Notes: generated by a model not told the origin, from the letters alone. DNA of 63,222 nt, filler included, from Octopus bimaculoides (GCF_001194135.2; 4 parts of 4 records of this genome joined end to end with filler, not necessarily neighbours in it), one strand, 5' to 3'; shown: positions 27,301 to 41,400, counted from the first letter of the whole stretch. Program-made: numbers and translations.

Positions 27301-27887
27301 TGTTTTTAAAAGGCTAGCTTCTTTGAAGGCTGCATTTCGTCGCATTCGGTAAAAATGTGTTTATTATGGTAGTTAACGTGAGGCATTCTTGTTTAGTTAT
27401 GCCCTTATATATATATATAAATAAATGAATATGATTTAGGGAAAAACGATAGATTCTTCCCTATGAATTTCTTTCACGATAACTACTTGATAAATTCTTA
27501 TGTAAGAGTTTATCCTATTATTGTATTAATTATATATATATATATATATTTATATGTATATATATANNNNNNNNNNNNNNNNNNNNNNNNNNNNNNNNNN
27601 NNNNNNNNNNNNNNNNNNNNNNNNNNNNNNNNNNNNNNNNNNNNNNNNNNNNNNNNNNNNNNNNNNNNNNNNNNNNNNNNNNNNNNNNNNNNNNNNNNNN
27701 NNNNNNNNNNNNNNNNNNNNNNNNNNNNNNNNNNNNNNNNNNNNNNNNNNNNNNNNNNNNNNNNNNNNNNNNNNNNNNNNNNNNNNNNNNNNNNNNNNNN
27801 NNNNNNNNNNNNNNNNNNNNNNNNNNNNNNNNNNNNNNNNNNNNNNNNNNNNNNNNNNNNNNNNNNNNNNNNNNNNNNNNNNNNNNA

Positions 27888-28210
27888 TTTCGTTTGTCTT
27901 TACGTTCTGAGTTCAAATTCCACCGAGGTCGACTTTGCCTTTCATTTTTTTCGGGGTCGATAAATTAAGTACCAGTTACGCACTGGGGTTGATCTAATCG
28001 ACTTAATCCCTTTGTCTGTCCTTGTTTGTCCCCCTCTATGTTTTGCCCCTTGTGGGCAATAAAGAAATTAGAAACGTTAGCACACCGGGCGAAATCCTTT
28101 TCGCCTTTCCTCCTTTTGGGGTCGATAAATGAAGTACCACTTGCGTACTGGGGTCGATCTAATTGACTGGCCCCCTCCCCCAAAATTTCAGGCCTTGTGC
28201 GTAGAAAATC
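27888..28210 (+). mobile_element. Two tandem SINE family A copies (first tail type iii, second internally deleted, tail type ii)
   Basis: Core at 27900-27990, tail CTTAATCCCTTTGTCTGTCCTTGTTTGTCCCC...; second head GAAACGTTAGCACACCGGGCGAAAT near 28070. Confidence 0.88.
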
Positions 28211-30105
28211 AGTTCGTTACATATATGGGCAGAGTAACAGAAGTCGGTTGCTAAGTTAGGAGGATGAATAAATATAAAGAGGGGAAGAAGGAAGATAGAT
28301 AGATAGATAGATAAATAAATAGATAGATAGATAGATAGAAAGAGAGATAGATTAGATTTATTGAAATCAACTTCGAAAAACGTTTCTTCAGAGGAGCAGT
28401 CAACAAACTGCGAAATGGTTCGGCAGGAGTATTTCGCATCCCATTTTTTTTTTCGCTCACCGAAAGCAGAAAAGGAATGTAGCTATATTCTTATAAATTC
28501 CTATCACAGCACTGCGCGACAATTTTACCGTTCAAGTTGCAGCTGTTATGAGTAAATAATAAGTGGTGTGAGAAAGGCTAAAATCTAATATAAAAAGCAT
28601 ATGAGAGAAAAAACAAAAGAAGCAATGAAAAACCTTCACGGGCATGCAATGGATATTCATTTATTACATTTATTACGTATGTTTCAGTGTTCGGTAACTG
28701 AATAATGTCACACAATAAATGCAAACTATAAATGTAACATAAGTTCAGCGTACATAATTAAAACCGAACATTTTCCTCACACACAAGAATTTTTTCCTTG
28801 TGTCCGGAGGAAGTGTCCATAAACGCAATCCGTTTAAGGGTTGCGTTTATAGAGTGTCATCATCTAGCTAGCGTAGACTGAAACGCGTGTAACAGATGCA
28901 ATGAAAGAATAGAACCTTCACGCCCAAGATTTTTCGCCCTCATTATATGAATAAATAAATATACATGTACAAGTTTGTATACGTGTGTGTATATATATAT
29001 ATGTGTGTGTGTGTGTGAGCACAGACAGACGGGTAAAAAGAGAGGCGAAGATATTTTACAACTCTGAGCGAAAATAGAAACACTTAAGAAATGCAAAATA
29101 GGCTGTAACTGTAACACCACACGCGTATATACACAACCATAATTTAAATTTATAACATCTATANNNNNNNNNNNNNNNNNNNNNNNNNNNNNNNNNNNNN
29201 NNNNNNNNNNNNNNNNNNNNNNNNNNNNNNNNNNNNNNNNNNNNNNNNNNNNNNNNNNNNNNNNNNNNNNNNNNNNNNNNNNNNNNNNNNNNNNNNNNNN
29301 NNNNNNNNNNNNNNNNNNNNNNNNNNNNNNNNNNNNNNNNNNNNNNNNNNNNNNNNNNNNNNNNNNNNNNNNNNNNNNNNNNNNNNNNCACATATATACT
29401 CTGATGTATTCCATGTGTGTGCGAGTGTGTGTAAAATGTAGAACATTAAGAATAAAGCTACCAGATCTAATTTTGACTCGGTAGAGATTATAAATAAAAT
29501 ATCTTAGACACATTGAAGACAACAACAATAATAACAACAACAACAATAACGGCAGCAGAAATGGCTGTAAAAAGAACAATCAACAGCATTAACAAATAAC
29601 ACACACCCAAATTTCTACAACTACAACATCATCCTCAACAACAACAACAACAACGACCGCAATAATATCAATAACCTCCACCACTACCACCACCACCACC
29701 ACCACCACAACAACAATAAGAACAGTGATGACAATAAGGGCTAATACAATGAACGAGTGTATATGTATATATATATAATAATAGTAACGCCGTCGACAAT
29801 ATGGATTTAGAAATTTCGCTGGAAGAAAGAAAGCTTTTTGTTCTTTCCGCCATTTTAGATTTTAAAAATAAAAGGGTTTTTGTCTTTCAACTTGTTGTTG
29901 CTACTGTTGTTGGTGTTGTTTATGATGTTATTAACCGTTGTTGTTTGTTGTTCATGTAGTTTTGTTGTTGAGTCGTTGGTGGTTATTTTATTTTTAATTT
30001 TCATTTTTTATTTAATTTTTTTTTTGTTTGAAAACTCCCGAAAGATTTGCTCTTGCCACTAATTATCAGCGCGTGCTAGTGGATTTATGTGTGTGTGTCT
30101 GTCTG

Positions 30106-30171
<66 letters not shown>

Positions 30172-30912
30172 CATCTATATATACATACATATACACATAT
30201 AAACGTGCACATATATGCATAAGCATATGTGTGTGTGTATGCGAGAGAGAGAGAGAGAGAGGAGAAAGACAGGAGAGAGAGAGGGAGTATGTGTGTGTTA
30301 AAGTATGTATGTGTGTTTTTTTAATTTTTATTATTGTTGCTGGTCTGCTTCAAATCAATCCTGATCTAAGACACTCCAGCNNNNNNNNNNNNNNNNNNNN
30401 NNNNNNNNNNNNNNNNNNNNNNNNNNNNNNNNNNNNNNNNNNNNNNNNNNNNNNNNNNNNNNNNNNNNNNNNNNNNNNNNNNNNNNNNNNNNNNNNNNNN
30501 NNNNNNNNNNNNNNNNNNNNNNNNNNNNNNNNNNNNNNNNNNNNNNNNNNNNNNNNNNNNNNNNNNNNNNNNNNNNNNNNNNNNNNNNNNNNNNNNNNNN
30601 NNNNNNNNNNNNNNNNNNNNNNNNNNNNNNNNNNNNNNNNNNNNNNNNNNNNNNNNNNNNNNNNNNNNNNNNNNNNNNNNNNNNNNNNNNNNNNNNNNNN
30701 NNNNNNNNNNNNNNNNNNNNNNNNNNNNNNNNNNNNNNNNNNNNNNNNNNNNNNNNNNNNNNNNNNNNNNNNNNNNNNNNNNNNNNNNNNNNNNNNNNNN
30801 NNNNNNNNNNNNNNNNNNNNNNNNNNNNNNNNNNNNNNNNNNNNNNNNNNNNNNNNNNNNNNNNNNNNNNNNNNNNNNNNNNNNNNNNNNNNNNNNNNNN
30901 NNNNNNNNNNNN

Positions 30913-31015
30913 CCAGAGACATCTACTCAAAAGGATTTGGGCGACCCGGTGCTATAGTAGAAGACATTTGCCCAAGGTGCCACGCAGTGGAACTGAACCC
31001 GGAGCATTCCGTCTT
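30913..31015 (-). mobile_element. SINE family B, 5' part
   Basis: GCTATAGTAGAAGACATTTGCCCAAGGTGCCACGCAGTGGAACTGAACCCGG; reverse strand gives B-box-like GGGTTCAGTTCC. Confidence 0.8.
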
Positions 31016-31536
31016 TAAAAGCCAAAGCGTGGAAAGAGAATTCGATTTCAGCGAAGAGAGCGAATGAAGGGCGTTCACGCGTTGATGAAACCCAACGTCT
31101 TTTGGTATTTGATATTCCCACCCCTAGCATCACCTACCCCGCCACCGCCTCAATGTATTCATTACATTGGGGTATTACGTAAGTCTCTCTCTCTCTCTCT
31201 CACTCTCTCCCTTTCGTCGCGTGTTTATTTCTGAATATTACACTCAACTCTACACACACACACACACACACACCTAATGACCCCGCTTAAATTTCTACGC
31301 TGACACGCACAAACCCCACACATACATACGTACATACATATGTGTCTCCGTATATATATATTAATAAATACACACATACACACACACATATATATATACA
31401 TATATATATACATATATATATACATGTATGTATATACACACACATATATATATGTATATATACATACATATATGTGTGTGTATATGCATATATATGTATA
31501 AATATATATGTGTATGTATGTATATATACATACATG

Positions 31537-31602
<66 letters not shown>

Positions 31603-31987
31603 NNNNNNNNNNNNNNNNNNNNNNNNNNNNNNNNNNNNNNNNNNNNTTAATTAATTAANNNNNNNNNNNNNNNNNNNNNNNNNNNNNNNNNNNNNNNNNN
31701 NNGTATATAAGCTGTGCTTGTATTCATGTCTGTATGTGTTTATAAATATGTGTATGTAATTTACGTCTGTGGATATTGTTTGTGTATAAGTTATGATGTA
31801 CGCATGCGTGTATATATATGTGTGTTTGTGTGTCTGCCTATATGTGTGTATGTGTGTATGTGTGTGTATATGTGACTGCGTCGATCTGTATGTGTAGGCA
31901 TAATAGATGCTCCCGTATTAATGCATGCATGTGTATGCATATGTGTGTGCGCATGGGTGTTTGTGTTCGTATGTGTGTTTGAGTGCA

Positions 31988-32056
<69 letters not shown>

Positions 32057-33305
32057 NNNNNNNNNNNNNNNNNNNNNNNNNNNNNNNNNNNNNNNNNNNN
32101 NNNNNNNNNNNNNNNNNNNNNNNNNNNNNNNNNNNNNNNNNNNNNNNNNNNNNNNNNNNNNNNNNNNNNNNNNNNNNNNNNNNNNNNNNNNNNNNNNNNN
32201 NNNNNNNNNNNNNNNNNNNNNNNNNNNNNNNNNNNNNNNNNNNNNNNNNNNNNNNNNNNNNNNNNNNNNNNNNNNNNNNNNNNNNNNNNNNNNNNNNNNN
32301 NNNNNNNNNNNNNNNNNNNNNNNNNNNNNNNNNNNNNNNNNNNNNNNNNNNNNNNNNNNNNNNNNNNNNNNNNNNNNNNNNNNNNNNNNNNNNNNNNNNN
32401 NNNNNNNNNNNNNNNNNNNNNNNNNNNNNNNNNNNNNNNNNNNNNNNNNNNNNNNNNNNNNNNNNNNNNNNNNNNNNNNNNNNNNNNNNNNNNNNNNNNN
32501 NNNNNNNNNNNNNNNNNNNNNNNNNNNNNNNNNNNNNNNNNNNNNNNNNNNNNNNNNNNNNNNNNNNNNNNNNNNNNNNNNNNNNNNNNNNNNNNNNNNN
32601 NNNNNNNNNNNNNNNNNNNNNNNNNNNNNNNNNNNNNNNNNNNNNNNNNNNNNNNNNNNNNNNNNNNNNNNNNNNNNNNNNNNNNNNNNNNNNNNNNNNN
32701 NNNNNNNNNNNNNNNNNNNNNNNNNNNNNNNNNNNNNNNNNNNNNNNNNNNNNNNNNNNNNNNNNNNNNNNNNNNNNNNNNNNNNNNNNNNNNNNNNNNN
32801 NNNNNNNNNNNNNNNNNNNNNNNNNNNNNNNNNNNNNNNNNNNNNNNNNNNNNNNNNNNNNNNNNNNNNNNNNNNNNNNNNNNNNNNNNNNNNNNNNNNN
32901 NNNNNNNNNNNNNNNNNNNNNNNNNNNNNNNNNNNNNNNNNNNNNNNNNNNNNNNNNNNNNNNNNNNNNNNNNNNNNNNNNNNNNNNNNNNNNNNNNNNN
33001 NNNNNNNNNNNNNNNNNNNNNNNNNNNNNNNNNNNNNNNNNNNNNNNNNTCTAATTAACCGATGCAGAATGTTTGTTTTTTAGTCATGTTTGGCTTAATT
33101 AAGTTTTACTTCCTGCAGGACATCTACGTTAAAATGGCAGCTACTTCTTGTGTCTTCTTTTATATTCTTCTTTAGCTTTTTTTGTTGTTGTTTGGTCTTG
33201 ATTTTCTTTCTCTGTTTTATCATTTTATCTTTACTATATGTATTGATATTATAATCATTGTTGCTACTGCTATTCTTATTATACTCATTGTTGTTGTGGT
33301 TGTTG

Positions 33306-33380
<75 letters not shown>

Positions 33381-33417
33381 TTCTCTACGCCTTTAATGTT
33401 TAATAAAGAAATCGCCG

Positions 33418-33451
<34 letters not shown>

Positions 33452-33689
33452 TTTTACCATCGTTATTTTTTTCGTGCTAGTTTCTTGTTTAGGTTCAGAT
33501 TTATTTTATTCTTCACCTAACTAAGGGATGGTGGGGAGGAGGTCGATTGTGATAATTGGCGAGTGTTACTCTATACGCCACAAGGGCAAAACAAATATAT
33601 GATACATGAAAATACAGTTCATTTAAATGTATATATATGTAATAGAAATGGGTTGTGAAAAAGACAAAAGACAACGCAGACAAAATACT

Positions 33690-33756
<67 letters not shown>

Positions 33757-33974
33757 GTCTATCTATATATCTATCTGTCTGTCTATATATATATATTTAC
33801 GCGAAACTGGTTTTATTCCCTTCGTAGTCACATTTCAGTAGCATTTTATTTTCAAAGTATTTTCCCATTATGCGCCAGTTTGGCTGTGTAACATTGCAAG
33901 CAAACAAGCAAGATTGAACTTCCCTTTTAATGTATTATAGATATTTACGTATATATGTATATATCATATATATG

Positions 33975-34017
<43 letters not shown>

Positions 34018-34048
34018 NNNNNNNNNNNNNNNNNNNNNNNNNNNNNNN

Positions 34049-34108
<60 letters not shown>

Positions 34109-34308
34109 TGTGTAGATCTATGTATATATCTATATCTATATATAACCACACACACGTGCACGTACACATCCAATCATATTTACACCTACACACATACTTA
34201 CCTCACGCATACATATATATGTATATATAAACACACGCTTACATTCATTCAGACGTATTTACGTATGTACGCCCACAGTCTATGTCGTCGAAATGACAAA
34301 CCATGCTG

Positions 34309-34320
34309 TGCGCATGCGCA
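34309..34320. promoter_or_regulatory. Perfect NRF1/ewg-type palindrome TGCGCATGCGCA
   Basis: Exact 12-mer in non-repetitive CpG-retaining sequence, 38 nt upstream of a candidate exon. Confidence 0.35.
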
Positions 34321-34357
34321 TATCTATCGCCTATCGTGTTAGTAATTGTCTTTGCAG

Positions 34358-34419
34358 TAACTCGCTACAAGACTTGATCAAAGTGAAAGAACAGCTCAAA
34401 GTAGCGATGATATCAAACG
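34358..34419 (+). CDS. Candidate 62-nt host exon (NSLQDLIKVKEQLKVAMISN)
   Basis: Acceptor TTGTCTTTGCAG, donor ACG|GTAAGC, only one open frame; unique sequence. No homology recognised. Confidence 0.35.
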
Positions 34420-35225
34420 GTAAGCAATTGAGACAACTGAGGAAGGAATTACCAAAATTATATATGGCCGCAAGTGTCGGATGTTGGTTGTGTTTAGTGA
34501 AGTCTGTCATGTGATTCTCTGTAGTCTAATTGATTGGCTAATAAATCAGCACTTTGATGAAAAGTTTTAAGGTGCTAACTGTTAAATAAATTTGTCAATA
34601 AGCAGAAACAGCGCGCGATTAGCATGTCGCTGTAACTAAATGTTCACTTTAACCATGTTTGTATGTGTGTATGTATGCATGTATGTATGTATGTATCTAT
34701 GTATGTATGTCGTTTTGTGTGTATGTATACATCAATGTATGTATGTACGTATGTATATATATATATATATATGTGTGTGTATGTATGTATATGTGTCTAT
34801 GGATATATATGTGTATATACATATATATATATATATATTTACATCCATGTATACATATGTGTATATNNNNNNNNNNNNNNNNNNNNNNNNNNNNNNNNNN
34901 NNNNNNNNNNNNNNNNNNNNNNNNNNNNNNNNNNNNNNNNNNNNNNNNNNNNNNNNNNNNNNNNNNNNNNNNNNNNNNNNNNNNNNNNNNNNNNNNNNNN
35001 NNNNNNNNNNNNNNNNNNNNNNNNNNNNNNNNNNNNNNNNNNNNNNNNNNNNNNNNNNNNNNNNNNNNNNNNNNNNNNNNNNNNNNTATATATATATATA
35101 CACACATGTATACACACACACATATATATACACACACACAAACACACATACATACATACATGAATACATATGCAGGTATATCCGCATGGATATTCTCTCT
35201 CTCTCTCTCTCTCTCTCCCTCTCTA

Positions 35226-35257
<32 letters not shown>

Positions 35258-35623
35258 CTCTCCCTCTCTTCCTTTCCTTCTCTGTTTATCGGATTTTTTT
35301 GTCTTTCCTAGTAAAGTGGGACATCATTCGGAAGGGAGCAGAGTGAATGTCTCCTGTATTTGTGCAAAGGGAAAAAAGTGATGGCGTATGGCGGCCATCA
35401 CACGTCAGTTGTATCTGTGTGTTTATATACATGCGTGTGTATCTGTGTGTGTGTGTGCGTGCGTCTATGTGCGTGCGTGTGTGTGTGTGTGCGCGTGTGT
35501 ATTTGTGATTGGCTAAAGTTGGCGACATGAACATTTCTAGAAAGAAACTGCGTTTGTATGTGCAACTGTGCAACAGAGAAAGATAGAGATTAAGTGAATG
35601 GGTAAGTGGAGAGAGAGAGAGAG

Positions 35624-35659
<36 letters not shown>

Positions 35660-35842
35660 AGAAAGAGAGACAGAGACAGAGAGACAGAGACATACAGACA
35701 AAGAGATGAGGTAGGGGAGGGAAAGAGCAAAAGAAGTGAGGCAGAAGATCAAAGAATCAAAATCGGTGTTGTTACAACATTGACTAAACTGCAATACACT
35801 TTCTCCCTTCTCAGTATCATCATCGCTTACACATACTCACAT

Positions 35843-35881
<39 letters not shown>

Positions 35882-35967
35882 TAGACAGGGAGATAGTTAT
35901 ACACACACACAGATACAAACGCACATAGACACAAAACACACATACACAGACACAAACGCACACACCC

Positions 35968-36014
<47 letters not shown>

Positions 36015-36102
36015 TTATAATTATATATATATAAGTATACACACATATATATATAGATAGAATGTATATGTATATATGTATATATACATATATATATGTG
36101 TA

Positions 36103-36133
<31 letters not shown>

Positions 36134-36853
36134 AGAAACATTAACATACCTATATATCTGTACATGTATTTACATATATATTTACATACATCTGTATATG
36201 AATAATTATGGATGTTTGTATATATATCTATACATGCACACACACACACATACACAAACTCGGACACACACACACACACATGCACATGCACAGTGCGCGC
36301 GCGCGCACATCTATATATACATACATATATATATATCCATATGCATTCATACACACACATACCCTAATATAAAAATGACATTAGAATCTCTATGCGAATA
36401 CGTGTATGTATGCGTGTAGCGTTATGTGAATGTATGTGCATGCATGTTTGTAACTGTGTGTATCTATTTCTACGAGTGTATCTATGTCACAATACATCTC
36501 TGTTTATTTGCTTCGATTGAATACATATCTAACGTTCAATAACCTTATGCAACTCCACGTACTGCAACAATATACTCAGTAAATCAAAGTCTTTCAACTC
36601 GTTATATAACATACTTGATACCTCTAATGGTATCTGTATATAACATGGAGAAAGTTATCCTCGGGTATTTTGAGTCTGTCCCTAATGTGCGGGTTGAAAA
36701 ACCAGCCGAGACCATGGGGTCAACTTTGTCTTTTCATCATTTCAGGATCAATAGATAATATATATATTGATCTTGTACTGTGATCGGTTCGTCCTATATT
36801 TGTATTTCAAACTCATTGTACATACATACACACATACACACACATACATATTC

Positions 36854-37001
<148 letters not shown>

Positions 37002-37059
37002 GCGTACATGGGTACAAGACGTCACCAACAGTAAACAACATGAAATACGAAAACAAATG

Positions 37060-37162
37060 AGTTCAATACGCAAACAACGAGAGAAACAAATGGAAAACAG
37101 GACAAGTAATATAAAGAACGACTCTTCGTCAGTTGTCGGCTGTCTATCTACTCCTCATTTCG
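37060..37162 (-). mobile_element. pLTR-like repeat with CTGACGA (family G), homologous to 60832-60960
   Basis: Aligns with the reverse complement of 60832-60890 (CTTCRTCAGTTGTC...TCTACTCC). Confidence 0.55.
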
Positions 37163-37164
37163 TA

Positions 37165-37250
37165 CCCAGGATGCCACGCACTGGGACTGAATCCGGAAAC
37201 GCGTGGTTGCACCGAAATCGTCTTAACCAGGCAGCCACGGCAAAACGTCG
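37165..37250 (-). mobile_element. SINE family B head, degenerate
   Basis: GGATGCCACGCACTGGGACTGAATCCGGAAACGCGTGGTTG...CTTAACCAGGCAGCCAC matches 30975-31010. Confidence 0.65.
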
Positions 37251-37736
37251 GTTAAAATTAGCTACGAAAAACGGTACTCAATACATACATAAGGTGCAAT
37301 GAATGATTTAGACCCATCTAGAGAAAAAGGTTTCCTCGATTCACCATTGAATACGCCATATGTAATACGGTAGGTAGAAACAATGCGCACTGACTAAGGC
37401 CTGGACCTGCCGAATCGAGCACCTATGAATTTAGGACGGCCTTATTTCCGATGTTCTATCGGAAATGCATGACAAACAGTCATATATGCATGCATACATA
37501 TGTGTGTCTGTGTGTGTGTATGCATGCATGTCTGCACACACATGTTTGTAATAACACAATCATTATACACTTACTGTATTTTATAGATAATGATAATTTA
37601 GTGAATATGAAAACCATTGTCAACTCAAATCCTAGCAAAAACCATTCGTTTAACAAACACAAATAGCATCCATGCACACATACGCACATACTCACGCAAT
37701 GAAACACACGCACAGAACTTTCAGTAAATATTTATA

Positions 37737-37767
<31 letters not shown>

Positions 37768-37847
37768 TACATTACAATTTCCCACACGCAGATGTTGGTA
37801 ATAATTTTCTGGTGTAGGACTTAATGTTATATTGAGTAGAAGTGGCG

Positions 37848-37990
37848 GAAGAAGAAGAAGAAGAAGAAGAAGAAGAAGAAGAAGAAGAAGAAGAAGAAGA
37901 AGAAGAAGAAGAAGAAGAAGAAGAAGAAGAAGAAGAAGAAGAAGAAGAAGAAGAAGAAGAAGAAGAAGAAGAAGAAGAAGAAGAAGAAGA
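37848..37990. repeat. Pure (GAA)n, roughly 47 units
   Basis: Direct reading. Confidence 0.97.
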
Positions 37991-38007
37991 AAAGAGAGAG
38001 AGTGAGA

Positions 38008-38041
<34 letters not shown>

Positions 38042-38200
38042 AAAACAGACAAGTTGAAAAATACAGGCTTGTTAGACCAAGTTTTAATATGATATGAATA
38101 GATTACAGAAATGTATGTATGTATGCATGCATGCATGTATGTATGTATGTATGTGTATATATATATATATATATGTGTATATATATATAGACACACACAT

Positions 38201-38234
<34 letters not shown>

Positions 38235-38866
38235 TTGTGTGCGTATATACAGGTGTATGTCTATTATATAGATACACATATGTATATATATATATGTCTA
38301 TGTGGATATATTATATATCTATCTTTCTATATATATNNNNNNNNNNNNNNNNNNNNNNNNNNNNNNNNNNNNNNNNNNNNNNNNNNNNNNNNNNNNNNNN
38401 NNNNNNNNNNNNNNNNNNNNNNNNNNNNNNNNNNNNNNNNNNNNNNNNNNNNNNNNNNNNNNNNNNNNNNNNNNNNNNNNNNNNNNNNNNNNNNNNNNNN
38501 NNNNNNNNNNNNNNNNNNNNNNNNNNNNNNNNNNNNNNNNNNNNNNNNNNNNNNNNNNNNNNNNNNNNNNNNNNNNNNNNNNNNNNNNNNNNNNNNNNNN
38601 NNNNNNNNNNNNNNNNNNNNNNNNNNNNNNNNNNNNNNNNNNNNNNNNNNNNNNNNNNNNNNNNNNNNNNNNNNNNNNNNNNNNNNNNNNNNNNNNNNNN
38701 NNNNNNNNNNNNNNNNNNNNNNNNNNNNNNNNNNNNNNNNNNNNNNNNNNNNNNNNNTATATATATATATATATACATATACATATTGCATTACAAATTC
38801 CCACGTGCATACATATATGAGGAAATAAGGATATGGCAATATATGATAATAAAAATGATAATGAAA

Positions 38867-39025
<159 letters not shown>

Positions 39026-39170
39026 CCAACAAGAAAAAGACTGTAATAAAAATCCATAACGATGCACAGGTATTTTTCATTTAAAAATTCCAACAAAAAC
39101 GAGAAAACATTAATCATAAATAAGAATAAGAAAACATCGCGAATATATGACAAGTATCTACACACCCAAA

Positions 39171-39213
<43 letters not shown>

Positions 39214-39382
39214 GCTGTGTATGTATGTATATTACAGAGGTTTAAAACAAGTCTATACTTGAAACAATGATGAACCTATTAAACACTCAAAGACAATGAG
39301 CCGCTTCCTCATTAGCGCTCCAACCAATACCACCAACACCAACAACTACTGTTGCCACTACTATTGTCATTATCATGTTCTA

Positions 39383-39426
<44 letters not shown>

Positions 39427-40489
39427 TCATTATGGCTGTTTTTGATATTGTTCTTGTTGTTATTTACAGCATATTTCAATTAAGAGTAGAATGTAATGCA
39501 GACAGAAATACAGAATTACTTTTTAAAAATTGTTTTTTAAAAAATGTGTTGAAAAGAAGAAAAATNNNNNNNNNNNNNNNNNNNNNNNNNNNNNNNNNNN
39601 NNNNNNNNNNNNNNNNNNNNNNNNNNNNNNNNNNNNNNNNNNNNNNNNNNNNNNNNNNNNNNNNNNNNNNNNNNNNNNNNNNNNNNNNNNNNNNNNNNNN
39701 NNNNNNNNNNNNNNNNNNNNNNNNNNNNNNNNNNNNNNNNNNNNNNNNNNNNNNNNNNNNNNNNNNNNNNNNNNNNNNNNNNNNNNNNNNNNNNNNNNNN
39801 NNNNNNNNNNNNNNNNNNNNNNNNNNNNNNNNNNNNNNNNNNNNNNNNNNNNNNNNNNNNNNNNNNNNNNNNNNNNNNNNNNNNNNNNNNNNNNNNNNNN
39901 NNNNNNNNNNNNNNNNNNNNNNNNNNNNNNNNNNNNNNNNNNNNNNNNNNNNNNNNNNNNNNNNNNNNNNNNNNNNNNNNNNNNNNNNNNNNNNNNNNNN
40001 NNNNNNNNNNNNNNNNNNNNNNNNNNNNNNNNNNNNNNNNNNNNNNNNNNNNNNNNNNNNNNNNNNNNNNNNNNNNNNNNNNNNNNNNNNNNNNNNNNNN
40101 NNNNNNNNNNNNNNNNNNNNNNNNNNNNNNNNNNNNNNNNNNNNNNNNNNNNNNNNNNNNATATATATATATATATATATACATTTATATATATATATAA
40201 ATTATATATGTATATATATATATATATCTTATTGAAAAAGGACGTTAAAAACATTAGCAAATACATGATATATCAAAATGAAAATTATATTTCTTGAGAT
40301 CAATTAAATACGATTGTTTGTTTATTCATTCGTGTTGCAAACCTCCTTAGAAGCATATACAAGCATAATAGGTTTTTGTGATATTATATTACTACTTTTA
40401 CGAATGCATCGGCCCAGCTGACTGTTGCTGACATCATGCTATGGATTACAACAACAACAATAACGACACCAGCAATAATAATAATAATA

Positions 40490-40724
40490 ATCCTTTTTAG
40501 CTACTGGCACAAGGCCTGAAATTGGAATAGTCGAGGATAGGACCTAGTCGATTACAGCGACCCCCAGTGTTCAAATGGTGCATATTTTATCGATGCCGAA
40601 ACGATGAAAGGCAAAGTCGATCTCGTCAGAATTTGAATTCTGAACGTAAAAACGGACGAAATGCTGCTAATCATTTCGTCCGTCTTTACGTCCTATGTAT
40701 TAACGATTGTAGTAGCTCGCCTTC

Positions 40725-40725
<1 letters not shown>
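40490..40725 (-). mobile_element. SINE family A (tail type ii) with internally extended hairpin
   Basis: Reverse complement of consensus; head AGCTCGCCTTC abuts (AAT)n 40726-40773. Confidence 0.88.
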
Positions 40726-40774
<49 letters not shown>

Positions 40775-40799
40775 TAAGACTTTTTAAAAATTATTATCA

Positions 40800-41225
40800 A
40801 TTGAGAAAGAAAGCAAACTATGCTGGGTCATAGATATAGCATGCCCAGCTGACAACAAGGTATGCGATAAGGAAGAAAGAAAAGTTGATAGATATGACAG
40901 GTTAGCTTGGGAAGTTAAGCGGTTGTAGTCGATGAAAATGGTAGCAGTAGTACCAATAATTGTCAGAGCCCTGGGAACAGTGAGCAAAAATATCGTGAAG
41001 TACGTGGAAGAAATAGGGGCTGCAATAAGCGTGGAGCACTTGCAGAAAACAGCACTGCTTGGGACCGCTCGAATACTCCGGAAGGTGCCAGAAAAATAAA
41101 AGGTGCTACCTTAGTTCACTGGTAGTGAACAGCTGACTCCGTAGTACATTTCCAGCGTTAGAAGCTGTGCAAAGAAAATAATAAAAGTAATAATAATAAT
41201 AATAATGATAATAGTGATAATTAAT
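40800..41225 (+). mobile_element. R4/Dong-type LINE 3' fragment with 3' UTR and (AAT)n tail
   Basis: EKESKLCWVIDIACPADNKVCDKEERKVDRYDRLAWEVKRL*SMKMVAVVPIIVRALGTV...LQKTALLGTARILRKV; PD-(D/E)xK REL pattern. Confidence 0.93.
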
Positions 41226-41229
41226 AATA

Positions 41230-41400
41230 ATATCAGAAATCAGAAGAATTTGGTATCTCAAAGCATCATCATTACCTATTGTTATTGGAGCACTTGGAAT
41301 GTTATCAAAAGGAGCAAGGAAATATATAGACCAAATTCCTGACAGGCACAACATAAGAGAAATGCAGACAATCTTTCTCGTGGATTCCTAAGATATTTTA
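41230..41400 (+). mobile_element. Second R4/Dong-type 3' fragment, different subfamily
   Basis: EIRRIWYLKASSLPIVIGALGMLSKGARKYIDQIP...IREMQ. Confidence 0.75.

Noticed and set aside
37842-38057. Poly-Glu ORF MAEEEE...
   Set aside because: It is the (GAA)n/(GAAA)n microsatellite; no splice or domain support.
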